The notes below the pieces were generated by a model. The model ran no database searches, was not told the DNA's origin, and saw only the letters and a list, made by a program, of their open reading frames with translations. Of a stretch of 64,000 nt of DNA, positions 1-12,420 are shown piece by piece. The DNA lies in assembly GCF_963676685.1 (NCBI RefSeq), contig NC_092345.1:4588001-4652000 (forward strand), in the 5' to 3' direction. This DNA is from Mytilus edulis (taxonomy: Eukaryota). The position numbers and the translations under genes were made by a program. Positions within the stretch are counted from its first letter, which is position 1. Each line of letters opens with the position of its first letter.

Positions 1-395
1 AGTGGACCAATCTGAATAGATCTAACTAAAAAAAAAACTAGAAGTAGGTGTTAATATAATATATATATATATATATTTGAGAAATTTGATTTTTTTTAAT
101 ATGGGATGCACATGCTTCTGGTAAAATCATTTCTTGTACCCCCATCTATTTTCTCTAAATTTGCTGCTGTCTAGAATTTTTCCAGATCAGACTTTCCAAG
201 AATCACTATTAAAGGTTGTTTTTCCAATCTTTTTTTTAAAAGACTTCATATTATATTATATGATACTTCAAATGTACCTACTATGTAAATATTATTATTT
301 GTTCTTATTTTGTTCATATTTTATAAGTTATATTGATTAGTAACCTTTGATTAACTGCAACACGCTATAAAAACAAATTAATCACTATAAAAACA

Positions 396-540
396 GTTCC
401 CAATTGTCCCACATTTAAACTTCCCAATTGTCCCACAAACATATTCCCGATTGTCCCACAAACTTATTCCCGATTGTCCCACAAAATTTCATTACCTTTT
501 TACCTGTAATTTCAAAAAGTGGGACAATCGGGAAGACACC
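396..540. repeat. Subterminal tandem motifs (TTCCC[AG]ATTGTCCCACA x4) plus one inverted copy ending GGAAGACACC; probable right end of a foldback/MULE-like DNA element
   Basis: Four direct copies at ~397-483 and the inverted GTGGGACAATCGGGAA at ~519-534. The partner end is not in the window. Confidence 0.45.
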
Positions 541-2021
541 TTCGTCCGAGTTCAAAAAAAATAATGCTTAAAAGTTAATTGAAATAATTAATGGTCAATA
601 TTTTTATAAAGGATCTTTTGGTATTTAAGGTAAGGTTTGAGCTTAAGCCTGCAACTAAATACAATTATAGTTATGTTTTTCTATTAAAAGAAGCTTTTAA
701 TATAAGGTCAATATAAGACAATAAATACGTCATTTAAGGGGATAAATGCATAAAAGTACAAATGCAGTTCATGGATTTATAAAATAGCATTATGTTAAAA
801 TGTAAATTTATCAAATGCCCCATGAATGGTTGTTAAGATCAGTTGTGTATATATGTCCCTGTAAAGTTCAAAACGTATATCACTGTATAGGTAATGTATA
901 TTATTCTAAATATGTAACAGATATTGGTATATTGTATGTAACTTAAATAATATCCACTAAAGTTGTTATAATTTTCCCGTTCCAAAGACAAGTACAGATT
1001 AAATATCCTGAAAAACTTTTGTTGCAATAAGAGTAATCAATAATGAAAACAACATATCAAATAAAGAAACTGAAGATAATAAGTTTACTAATCATAGGAA
1101 ATTAAAATATTCAATTGTAATAATCATATATTGCTCATGGTTAGTAAAATGTAGTGATTTCTCCATCGATGAAGTCACAATCGAAGAATTGAGAACTAGA
1201 TGGTGGGGAAAATAAATATCACTTAAGATTAGTAAATTAAATCAAAATAGAGCCACAACATATTTAACCGTCTTCTATTCCTAATTTTCCAAAGATAGAT
1301 ACATCAAATAATGTTGGTGTTCATATAAACCTACTATAAATGATATATGAACCTCAGTTACCCAGAAAATTATTTTATTGCACACTAACTCCTATACTTG
1401 AAAATTCAACTAGGGCCAACATTCGGACCTGCACACCTAACACACATGTGGAGTGATACCTTAGTAATGACTAAATGTATCGATAAGTCCTCTTGAAATT
1501 GATACTGGATTTAAGGAATTTCTGGCAAATGTTCAGACTCCTTGTTGGTTTTCTTCCATCAATACAAAGCAAAATGTTTTACCCCATAACACCCATTTTC
1601 TTTTTATATAAGACACTTCAATAGCACACAAAAGGTCACAAAACCAGGTTCAACTGACCATTTTGTCTTACAATATTTTATAACAAGTCAGGAAAATAGT
1701 AGTTGATATCTTATAGTTCGTTTCTTTGTATTTTGCATTGTTGTTTGATTGTTGTTAAACTCGGTGTTTCTGTTGGTTCGTTGTTTCCCTCTTATTGTTG
1801 ATATGTTTCCCATGGTTTTAGTTCAATCGATTTGTGACTTTTGAACAGCGATTTACTAAAGTTGCCTTTATTTACCAAAGTTTAATAAGCAGATTCTTGA
1901 TTTTTTTAATTTGATTTGAGATCCACATTATTCCAATGCAAATACGAGGTATAAGTCATAGTCAGCCTTTTCCTGCCATTTTGTAAAAATCAAATATTTC
2001 GAAAAGCAGCTCTTTTTAGCT

Positions 2022-2453
2022 TAGAATGAAATTCAAAACAGTGTGGCTGTGGCCATTGATTGACACATTAAATTCATCCATTGACTGGGACAATTTAGGT
2101 GAACGTTTGTATGTAACGACCACTGCTTACTATGTACTTTTTAAAGACACTTAAACTATTGGGTCACCAAAGGTTCTCAACACCTTAATAAAGTAATTCG
2201 GAAATAACACGATGTTTTGATTTATATCAATAATATAAATCAAAATATAAAGGTTATTCCTGATTATTTTTTCGAATTATTTTATAATTAAAGGTGTTAA
2301 GAAACCTTTGGTGACCCCACAGTTTAAATGTCTATCGTAGGTACGTCGTGAACAGTGGTCGTTACAGACAAACGTTAACGTAAATTGTCCCAGTCAATGG
2401 ATGAACTTGTGTCAATCAATGGCCATAGCCACACTGTTTTGAATTTCATTCTA
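2022..2453. mobile_element. Foldback MITE with ~185-bp imperfect terminal inverted repeats
   Basis: TAGAATGAAATTCAAAACAGTGTGGCTGTGGCCATTGATTGACACA at 2022 is mirrored by TGTGTCAATCAATGGCCATAGCCACACTGTTTTGAATTTCATTCTA ending at 2453. Complementarity continues inward. No ORF. Confidence 0.85.
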
Positions 2454-3777
2454 TTTTGTTCCGCAACTTATGCTCTGCCGACTTCTAGTATCAGCTCTAT
2501 TTTTTTCCCAACTAAGTGCATCCTTAAGACAATTTAACCAAACGACTTCACTTATTTGATCCAAAACTCTCTGAATCTATCAGTTCCAGATTTCTAATAC
2601 CAAGGTGACCATGGATGCACTTTGTTTAACGTTGGTTTGGTTTTTTTTTACGTACATAAAGCTTTCAATATGATCAAACTCATAACAGAATTAAAGCTAA
2701 ATAAATGTTTAAATACTTTCCTTCGTCTTGGTGTGTTTTTAATTTCACTTTTGCACCTGAAAGCAACTAGGTTTCACAATCAAAAATTAAGTCAGAACTT
2801 GGTTTTATCCAACATAGCCACGATTAAGGACTAGACCACACGAATTAAAATTATTTGCACTGAAATCGAAGAAAACTATCAACAACGTTTTAATGAAATC
2901 CAAATATCAGATGCATCGGAATCGTAAATGTAACCTGTGCATAGAAGCCAATGTAATGATTTGCAATCAAAACCATTAATTTATAACTTGAATATGTCAA
3001 AACCAATGTAAAAAAAGAACATATTTGGGAAATATAACAGAACGGACCCAATGGTGACCTGATACATAAAAACAATCATATGTCTATCTTTTAACTGGCA
3101 GAGATAAAATGAATTAACATATCATTAAACACAACTACTAACAAAGATCCTGACTTAGGACAATAAAATGACCGCATGGTGGGGGTAAACTAGTTGTTTC
3201 ATTCCTATAATCCAAAAATTCTTAATAGTGTTGCCAAATACAGCTAAGGTAATATAATTTTGATGTAGAAAAGCCGTAGTCTGTTATCCAAGTGGGAGGT
3301 GAAATACGACCTTGTTCATGATAATGCTTTAACCAAGTCCACAAAATGAAATTGAATGACCAAGTATCCGAAATTTGCACATTTAATTAAAGATCTAGAC
3401 CGATTGTTTTCTGCCTTTTTACGATTCAGGTGCTACTTTAAATACTATTTTAAAAGACTGTGCTAGTTGAAAATGCAGCACATTGGCAAAAACGAAACCT
3501 TTTCACTTAGTTAGAGATTTATATCATAAATGCATTTTTTTTATTGATATAAAGTTATATATGAAAAGTTTAAAACAGAAAATGTTATTTTGAATCAAGT
3601 ATTTCTTGCACGATAAATCAACTTTATAGTATAGCGTAAACATTCTAAATCAGGAACATCATTATTTAAATGGTCCACTGTCATATCAATGTCAATGAAC
3701 ATTATCCGCATAAGCTTTTGCGATGTACCTTGTTATTCCGTTTAATTTCTTCAAATCATTCATAAATACCTCGGATA

Positions 3778-6111
3778 TTAATTTAAATCCCAATACGCTT
3801 GTACAATTCCTTTATGTAGCAATGGTCCGTCTTTATGTAGAAAAAGTGCTGGCCAAACAACGTATTTTACTTTGTTTCCGCTCTTGACAAATTCCTTGTA
3901 TGTGTTCTTATCAAAAGTTTTGCCTTGTGTTATGTCTCCATCTAAATACATTACGGGATCTTGAATAACCATACACCAACAAAGATTAACACATTGATCA
4001 AAGAATGGCGTTTTCATTAGATACTCCATTACGTCTCCATTTTTATTCACATATTCCCAGTTATGCATAGCTGTTTTCCCGATAATCTTATTAGCAAGCA
4101 AATGTTTCACAAAATGGTCAGACTTCTGTATTCTTTGTACGACTACATCTTTGCACGCGGGAAAATTGTAAAAATCACTTCTAGAATTAACGTTGAGACA
4201 CAACGTTTCTGAAATTGTTTTTCCAATGTTATCTATCTGTTCATCTGCCAGTGATAAACATTCGTTATAACAAATTTTTAGTAGTTGGCAAAGATGGAGT
4301 ACAATCACTTCCTCTATATCAATATGTTCACTGACACTGTAGAATGATTTTATGTCATTGATGAATTCCATAGCATCTGTCCATTCGTTATCATACAGTT
4401 CTCCATATTTATCACCAATTTTCATCGGACGATTAGGATCTCCAAGATCGGTAATTGTGGGATTTCCCTTGCTCAGTTTCTCACTAGCAATACTACTAAG
4501 CCTAGTTTGGAGTTCGTCTTTTTCTTGAATTAGATATTTTATATTTTCTTTTTTCTCTTTAAGAATCTGTCGAAGATTCATTCTTTCCGTTTCGCATTGG
4601 CTCAGCTTATTGGTGTTATCCTTAAAACGTACTTGATGACCTTTTATTTCTTCTTTCAGTTGTAGTATATTCTCTTCTTTTTCTTTAACTGTGGTTTTTG
4701 TTTGCTCTCGGGTTTGTCTATTTTCCTCATCAATTCTATTCTTCTCGCTTTGAACTTGTTTCAACAGATCTGATTGATTCTTTATTTTACTATTAAGGTA
4801 CTCGATTTCTTTATTGTGTTCTTTTTGTTGTTTCTCTATAGTGTCATATAACTTTTGTTTTTCTTTCCATGCATCGGATGCCTTTACTTTTAATTTAGAA
4901 ATTTGCTTGGCCTTGAACTGTGGATCATACGATAACTTATTCATTTTCTTTATTTCAAGTTGTTTTTGGTTTATGTCGCATGTCAATTCATTTGTCAATT
5001 GAGCCATTCCTGTCAGCTGCTCCACAAATCCTTTTTCCTTTTGAATGCCATGCTCTTTCATCATATGGAATTGCTCTGTGATATAATTCATTCGATCAGC
5101 ATATGAGTCCATGTGATTGTTGTCTAATCTTTTGACCATGTATGTTTCATTTACATGAAAACGACTGTCTTCCAGTTTATTATTGCAGTCTTTTACAAAT
5201 TGGCACGTTTCCTCTGACAGTTGTATCATGTAACTTATCTCAGTTTTTGACGTTTCTTGTTCTGATTTTAGACCAACGACTTCCCTTTTCAGCGATTCAT
5301 TCTGTGTTAGAATTTTTTTATATTGGCTTGAAACCATGTCTGTGTCTTTAACCTTAAATGCGTCATCAGATGCTAACTTGTCAACCTCTTCATCAATCAT
5401 GCCTTTTTGTGGATGTACATTTTGTAACTTTCCGAACTGCTCATCTAAGTTATATATGTTTATTAATCCACAAAGAAATGTTAGTCGGTCAGGAGGTTTT
5501 TCAAGCTTATTCATTTGTTTTGCAAAAGTTTGCCATTTATGCAAAAACAGTAGTGGAAATACAGCTCTTGACGTTTTAAATTCCGACATTTTCTCTCTGA
5601 CACTTTGGATGTCTCTCTCCATTTCAGTGGCATATTCTTCTAGATATTGTTTGTGTTCGTTTAGTTCTGATAAAAGCTTACATTTCCTCTCTGAAATACA
5701 ATCAACTATCTTTTTACACTGATTTTCTATTTGAATTGTTAAGGTTTCTAGGAGTTTCTTTGTATCAGAAGTCATGTCAAATGAACGTTTTTCATCACTC
5801 TCTGTATATTGTTCCGATTGTACGATAAATAAAGCCTCAGTTAAACCCACGATCGAATGATCATCATGGACCTCTATTGTCTGACAGAATTCGCATACTA
5901 AATGTTGACACTGGAAACAATATCCGGTCACAGAATTAGGAAGTTCGCTGTGAATTCCACAGAGATGACATTTACTGTCCTTGATATATGAACATACACT
6001 TGCGTCATGAAGTTCATAGCATTTTTTACAGCACTTAGTCCCACAGTTTTCACAAAACTGAATCCAATCATTAGATCCGCAAATATTACAAGTCTCAAAA
6101 GTATTCGACAT
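3778..6111 (-). CDS. B-box-type Zn finger / coiled-coil protein with C-terminal mitochondria-eating protein (MIEAP/SPATA18)-like domain, 777 aa, intronless CDS
   Basis: Long uninterrupted ORF. N-terminal CxxC..CxxC..CxxC..H clusters (CNIC..CENC..CKKC..H; CHLC..CFQC..CEFC..H..H), then a heptad-rich E/K/Q region. C-terminal DLGDPNRPMKIGDKYGELYDNEWTDA...CVNLCWCMVIQDPVM...FDKNTYKEF...VVWPALFLHKDGPLLHKGIVQ is typical of invertebrate MIEAP-like domains. Confidence 0.85.
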   Translation of the reverse strand: MSNTFETCNICGSNDWIQFCENCGTKCCKKCYELHDASVCSYIKDSKCHLCGIHSELPNSVTGYCFQCQHLVCEFCQTIEVHDDHSIVGLTEALFIVQSEQYTESDEKRSFDMTSDTKKLLETLTIQIENQCKKIVDCISERKCKLLSELNEHKQYLEEYATEMERDIQSVREKMSEFKTSRAVFPLLFLHKWQTFAKQMNKLEKPPDRLTFLCGLINIYNLDEQFGKLQNVHPQKGMIDEEVDKLASDDAFKVKDTDMVSSQYKKILTQNESLKREVVGLKSEQETSKTEISYMIQLSEETCQFVKDCNNKLEDSRFHVNETYMVKRLDNNHMDSYADRMNYITEQFHMMKEHGIQKEKGFVEQLTGMAQLTNELTCDINQKQLEIKKMNKLSYDPQFKAKQISKLKVKASDAWKEKQKLYDTIEKQQKEHNKEIEYLNSKIKNQSDLLKQVQSEKNRIDEENRQTREQTKTTVKEKEENILQLKEEIKGHQVRFKDNTNKLSQCETERMNLRQILKEKKENIKYLIQEKDELQTRLSSIASEKLSKGNPTITDLGDPNRPMKIGDKYGELYDNEWTDAMEFINDIKSFYSVSEHIDIEEVIVLHLCQLLKICYNECLSLADEQIDNIGKTISETLCLNVNSRSDFYNFPACKDVVVQRIQKSDHFVKHLLANKIIGKTAMHNWEYVNKNGDVMEYLMKTPFFDQCVNLCWCMVIQDPVMYLDGDITQGKTFDKNTYKEFVKSGNKVKYVVWPALFLHKDGPLLHKGIVQAYWDLN

Positions 6112-7087
6112 TTTGATTAATTAACTAGTCCAAACAGAAAGTACATATCCAAAATTGTATTCCTATTACAGTTGTATGTAAAAGGGACCAAACTGATTTA
6201 AAAACATTTATTTAAAAAGTAGAGGTTTTTTTTTGTTTTTTTTTTAAATATTTGCAATATTGATATCGTATATGACTGTCACGAGATAAAGTCTAAAAAT
6301 AAGTTTTAGTAAAATATAGATATCTATAGAAGATAATTTAAGTCACGAGGAGAACAAATGTACAAACATGAATAGGCAAGACCTTGTGAAGTTTATATCA
6401 CGATTAGAACGGTACATTTTAAGCAAATGATTTTGCAGTATCTGTAATATTTTATTGTGTTGCTTTTGTATCTACTTGACATAAAAGCTACTTTTTCTCT
6501 TTCTATATAGTAATTGACCATGCCACTCCCTATGTCGTTCATTCCTTGAATGTTTCGAATGTGGTTGCCTCTGTCAAATTGTAAATACTAAACCCATGAT
6601 TCCGTTTAGTTAGATATAAAAAGGCCCCAAGTATGATAAATAACATGACTACATGACCATTTAGTCTATGATCAATTTTGCCTGAGGGAGTTCGATTTAG
6701 TACGACCAGTTTGATTTATCAACAGAGAATTTAAGAATAAATTGGTCAAGAAGAAACAAAGGGTGAATTTGATAATTTAACTGTTGTTTTCCTAGTTGCG
6801 ATCAGTATATTGGGGATGCATCGATATATTTGCGTTAAAACAGAACACTTTTCATTTCAAGTTGGCATCAATTGCATAATTTTTTGTTTGTACGGTGTGG
6901 GTGTAGCATCAGTTAGAGGCAACGGTAATTCAGCGATTTTCAAAAATCATAAATATATAAGTAAGATACAATTCAAGGTAACACATAGAAAATGAGGGAA
7001 ACGCTCGAATTCCGAAATCAAATTGACCTCGCGGAACGATAGGGAAATCAACATTTCTGCTATGCCTGCAGTACACGCTGGTACGTA

Positions 7088-7357
7088 AAAAAAGTAAAAT
7101 TACAAAAATACTGAACTCCGAGGGAAATTCAAAACGGAAAGTCCCTAATCAAATGATAAAACACATCAAACGAATGACAACAACTGTCATATTCCTGACT
7201 TGGTACAGGCATTTTCAAATTTAGAAAATGGTGGATTGGTTTTATAGCGCCAAATCTATCACTTGTATGACAGTTGCGTCAAATTCCATTATATTTACAA
7301 CAATTTGTGAACAAAACAGACATAATAGGTAAAATAGTCGCAATATGGATACAGCAG
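7088..7357 (-). mobile_element. SINE-like interspersed repeat, family A (core CCTGACTTGGTACAGG)
   Basis: Near-identical copies at ~11153-11372, ~11752-12050, ~26487-26857 (opposite orientation), ~27003-27250 and a fragment at ~61148-61200. Confidence 0.7.
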
Positions 7358-8385
7358 AAAATCTTTAGAATTATTCAGAACGGATCCACAATCAGTAATA
7401 ATATTTCAATCAGGATTAGGATAAACTCGATAAATTGATGGATCATACTTCTTGTCCCTATATTGACATTTTTGTCACCTTTGATTATTTAAGTATCAGA
7501 CGAAAGTTTCCATGTTGTGTTTGTTTTGTAGATGTATCCTTAAATACTATGTAGTTCCACATCATTGCTTTTGAATCCATATATTGCATCAAAGATAAAC
7601 CGACCTCCAAATAATCCAGGAATCTATAATGAAGAGTTTTATAATGGAACGCATGCTTTACTACACATTCGTAAAAATCGAATAATTGATGTTGAGATTT
7701 TTCTCTTCAATATTTGGTAACAATTTGACATAAATCTATGCTCATTTTGGAGGACTAGAAATGAATGTCTGTTATACATGTTATATATTGTAATTATTAA
7801 TTTTAAACGGTCGTTTTGGTACAATTTTGGTATCGTGATTCTATACACGTAAACCAGCATATTTTTGTTTAGATAACAAACAAAACACATTGAGTACATG
7901 TATCAAATCAGTGCATTTTACTCAACAGCAGATTTACCAGAGCTTGCCTTTACAAAACAATAATATATACTGGATAAGAAACTTGTTAGAAATGGAAATC
8001 ACTAGCATACAGTTAGAATATTGGCTCATCCAAAGACGTGTTTTGCTTCATTTCTTTCATTTCAAAAGTTTCAAGTTCAGCAAAATAATATTTAATAACA
8101 GATAACTTTAAGTTATTACTTATCAAATGACCAGGCATGATAATTATAGTCACAAATGGTCATATAATACTATATTGACGGTTAATACAGACAATAGTAC
8201 AACGAATTTACTCCAAATGGAGGGAAATGGTGAGTATAGTTTGGTTAATAAAATCATAGTTAAGCCGGTTCTGGTTTTTTTTTTGTCCATTTTTATGATT
8301 TGATTATCAGATATCTGTCCATGACAGACCTAGTTATTATGCCGATATGTGTTACATAATTCGGTAACATATTTAACCTGTTAAA

Positions 8386-9830
8386 CTACTGCCAGTATGC
8401 TTGTACGATTCATTTGTAAAGCATCGGTCCGTCTTGGTGTAAGAACAATGCTGGCCAGACAACATATTTTACTTTGTTTCCGCTTTTAACAAATTCTTTG
8501 TATGTATTCTTGTCAATTGATGTGCCTGGCTTAATGTCTTCGTCTAAATACATTACGGGATCTTGAATAACCATACACCAACAAAGGTTTATGCATTTTT
8601 CAAAAAAATGTGTTTTCATTAGAAGCTCAATTACGTCTGCACTTTTGTATGCATAATCCCATGCATTCATCGCTGTTTTGCCAATAATCTGATTTTTGAA
8701 TAGATCATTCGCAAAATGTTCATGCCTTAATCTTCTCTGAGTTGCGACATCTTTGCAAAGAGATAAATCGCAAATTTCCTCTCTAGAACTGATGTTGAGA
8801 CAAAATGTTTCTGCAAGTGTTTTGCCAATCTTATCTATCTGTTCATCTGCTAGTACTAAGCATTCATGGTAACAACTTTTTAACAACCTACAAAGATGAA
8901 GTACAAGTATTTCCTCAAAATCTGGGTGTACACTGTCGCTATAGAATGGTTTTATGTCATTGGTGCATTCCATAGCATCTGTCCATTCATTATCATATAA
9001 TTCTCCATACTTTTCACCAATTTTCATTGGACGATTTGGATCTCCAAGATCGGTAATAGACGGGTTCCCCTTAACTAGTTTTTCTCCAGCAACACTACTT
9101 AACCTTGTTTGAAGGTCGTCTTTTTCTGTTTTTAATTGTGCTATGGTGTCTTCTCTCTCTTTAAGGAGGTAACGGATCTGAGTGGTTTCGACTTCGTTGT
9201 GTTGAAGTCTCTTTTGTAGTAGATTTACATAGTCCTGTGAACTTTCAGTACATCCTTTACCTTCCTCTTTCAGATTGAGTCTGTTTTCCTTCCTTTCACT
9301 GAGTATTTTTTCATATTTTTCTTGTAACTCTCTGAAATCTTTTTTTAAATTAGCAGTCGTTTTCTCTTTCTTTGTGAACGTCTTTAAGTCGTTTCTTAAG
9401 CCTTTCGTTCTCTTCTCTGTGTTGTACTCTAACTTTCTTCAGTGTTTCATATAAGAATTGTTCTCTTGGCATGTCAGCAGATTTCGGCTCTTCCCATTGC
9501 GATTGGGAATCTTTCACAGAGTTATCTATTTTCCTCCCTTGCAAACTCATCTTGTTATATGATTTGTTTATTTCCTCCATCATCCTGACGTTAATTTGGT
9601 CATTTCACCAGGTGTTTTTATTACACATGTGTTAGTCAGTTTCTTTCTGATAGAAGCTCTCTTTCAATTCAATATGTTTTCACTAATGTGGAAATACGAT
9701 TTGCCGCGATTTTATTTAATTTCTGTCAAGAAAGTACCATTTTGAATTTTGGCAACATTAAGTCCTTGAGAAACATTGTTTATTTCTTTCATTGTGATAA
9801 TTTCATAGAATTTATTGATATACGTATCCA
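8386..9830 (-). pseudogene. Pseudogenised paralogue of the MIEAP-like coiled-coil gene
   Basis: ORFs 9350-9583 and 8410-9027 are homologous to 3778-6111 and to 18886-19557. A 2-bp deletion at ~9355 (TAGCAGTCG vs TAGCAAAGTCG in copy 2) shifts the frame. A GGA>TGA nonsense codon at 8410-8412 precedes IVQAYWQ* (natural stop 8386-8388). Further frameshifted homology lies upstream to ~9830. Confidence 0.8.
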
Positions 9831-11152
9831 TAAATTTCTTTTCAACTGCACTTATTACATAACATACTTCCACTGTTCCCGCACATACGTGTCAAATTAT
9901 AAAACTAACCACTCCTATAAAACTCGGGCATTAGTTGCTTTGTATTGTTTTATAATACTTTTGTGTTAAAAAGAAAGTAAGATTACAAAACATGACTCAA
10001 GTGGTCGTAATGTGAACGAGAGCAACACGTGATCACACGTGTCATGATAACAGTCAATGACTTTCTATAGAAAAGTCATTAACCTCATTATTAACAAGGG
10101 TTGCAATATTGTTATCTTCGCGTAACCGTCCCGAGTCGTTTTCTAAAAATAACTTTAAAGTAAACAATTGACAATTAAACCAGTAATTATGAAGGAAGTT
10201 AGAAGTGAAATATATATACTATGTATATCTATGGCAATTCGTTTTTTTTATTTTTTTTATTCCATTTTCAATATATTTAAAAAGTACTTGAGATATCTTA
10301 TGAATTAAATATTTTTAAAAGTTATATCAATATCTTAGTAGTTATTTAGGCCTCGGCGGTGTAATGGGAACGCTTAACTGTGATGTTAACGCCGAAGTGC
10401 GATGGTTTTACGCCGAAGTTCGATGGACCTTTCGCTGAAGTGCGATGGCTTGGTATGAAGTTTGAATATTGTGACGTTTTCAGATACAACTTTATTAGAC
10501 AAAATGGATTAGTAGGCAGGATAATTAGTTTATGTATATGAAGGTTTCATGTGTACAAAGGAAAGGAAACAGAGACACACAAACAATTCATATCCCGTAC
10601 ATGCAGTTTTGAGCGTTGGACGTGAAGAATACATAAATAGGTAAAACTAAGTCAGACAGCAAATCATGGGGAACAAAGCGGCTAAAAGATTAGCTCGGCC
10701 TGCATATGGGCTAACCAGTGCTTGGAAGTAAAAAAATGTATGCCGCTGAAATGAATGCTGCTTTGTAAGAAAACCCGCACTGTAAGTCTAATTTGATGTC
10801 CTTATAGTATTAATCTTCTACAACGGGTTAGTCCCGAATGATACCTGCTTGGTGTACTTCTCAATTTCTGCTGCTCAGCGGAGAAACTGCTAATTCTCAA
10901 TAATTTGACAGAACGTGCGTCATATCTCACTAAAAGTAAAACATGTATGTTTATTTCTTACAAACTGTTATGATTCCAGACAAATGGATGAATGAGTGTT
11001 GTAAGCAAATTCTTAGCTATAAGATAACAAGAACAAATTACTAGTATATTTGATAAAAATATAGATGGACCTTGCTAAGTCATTAATATAGACCGCCGTG
11101 CTGAACCCGTTTTTTTTATATATAAAGAAATGTCCATTATAATACTAAATAT

Positions 11153-11372
11153 GAAAAAAAGTAAAATCACAAAAGTACTGAACTCAGAGGAAAATCAAAT
11201 CGGAAAGTCCCTAATCACATGGCAAATTCAAATGACAAAACACATCAAAAACGAATGGACAAGAACTGTCATATTCCTGACTTTGTACAGGCATTTTCAA
11301 ATGTAGAAAATGGTTGATTAAACCTGGTTTTATAGCGCTAAACCTATCACTTTGTACAACAGTCTCGTAATC
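11153..11372 (-). mobile_element. SINE-like family A insertion specific to duplicate copy 1
   Basis: Absent at the corresponding site in copy 2 (~26120-26130). Confidence 0.7.
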
Positions 11373-12420
11373 CAGTGTATTTTCTGACTCCATATTGCTG
11401 TGTGTGCTAACTGAATGATTAACTTAAAAATCAAAGTCTTCGGTTTGGCCTGACCAGAAATTTTTTTTTTTATTTTCTTATTGCAACGCTACCACGCTAA
11501 CCACTTCACCGCCACCTGAGATGGGGTTTTAACTTCAGACCATCGCATTTAGCTATTACATACAACGCACTTCAGTGTAAACAAAATCGGTATTTTTGTT
11601 ATTTTACTTTCATCACAATATTGTGCATTACACTAATACAAAGTTCAGGACTTGGCATTTGGTATAAGCAACAAAAAATATAAATCAAATCTAACCAAAG
11701 TCGAGAGGATGTCTATATTTCCATTCCCCATTCAACCCTTTGAGGATCATAAAAAGTGAAATAACTAAAATACCGAACTCCGTGGAAAATTCAAATGGAA
11801 AGTCCCTAATCACATGGCTAAAATCAAAAGCTAAAACACACCATACGAATGGACAACAACTGTCATATTCTCGACTTGGAACTGTCATTTTCTTATGTAG
11901 AAAATGGTAGATTAAACCTGATTTTATAGCTAGCAAAGGCTCTCACTTGCAAAACAGTCGCATGAAATTCCATTATATTGTTTGAACAAAACAAACAGAC
12001 ATAATAGTTTAAAATGTCAAACATATATAGGGGTTCAGCAGTCAACATAGAAACACAAAAAGGCATAATAGACAAATCACATAAGAAACACAAAAGACAA
12101 AAATACAACAATTTACTACAATGCACATTAGCACGGTGACAGTTAGTTGCTATTTGCGATGAAAATATTCCATGTTCCTTATTTTGAAAATCGTGTTGGT
12201 AGGAACGCCATATTACGTTCAAACTGGAAATAAATGAATTAGCCACCAAGTGCAAATGTTGCTGGAATAACATACATTAGGTATGCTCGAGACCAAAACT
12301 TTATGATAGCACCTTTATGTAGAGCATAAAACAATATAAAAACCTCTAAAGCTAGCTATATAGTTACTAATCATTAATAGAGACAACCTTTGTTTTTAAT
12401 ACAAATAATATACTAGTAAA

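Noticed and set aside
4814-5722. Short plus-strand ORFs
   Set aside because: Antisense shadows of the 777-aa gene.
8410-8412. In-frame TGA as possible selenocysteine or readthrough
   Set aside because: It aligns to Gly (GGA) in the intact paralogue, and the same copy also has a frameshift, so a nonsense mutation is the simpler explanation.
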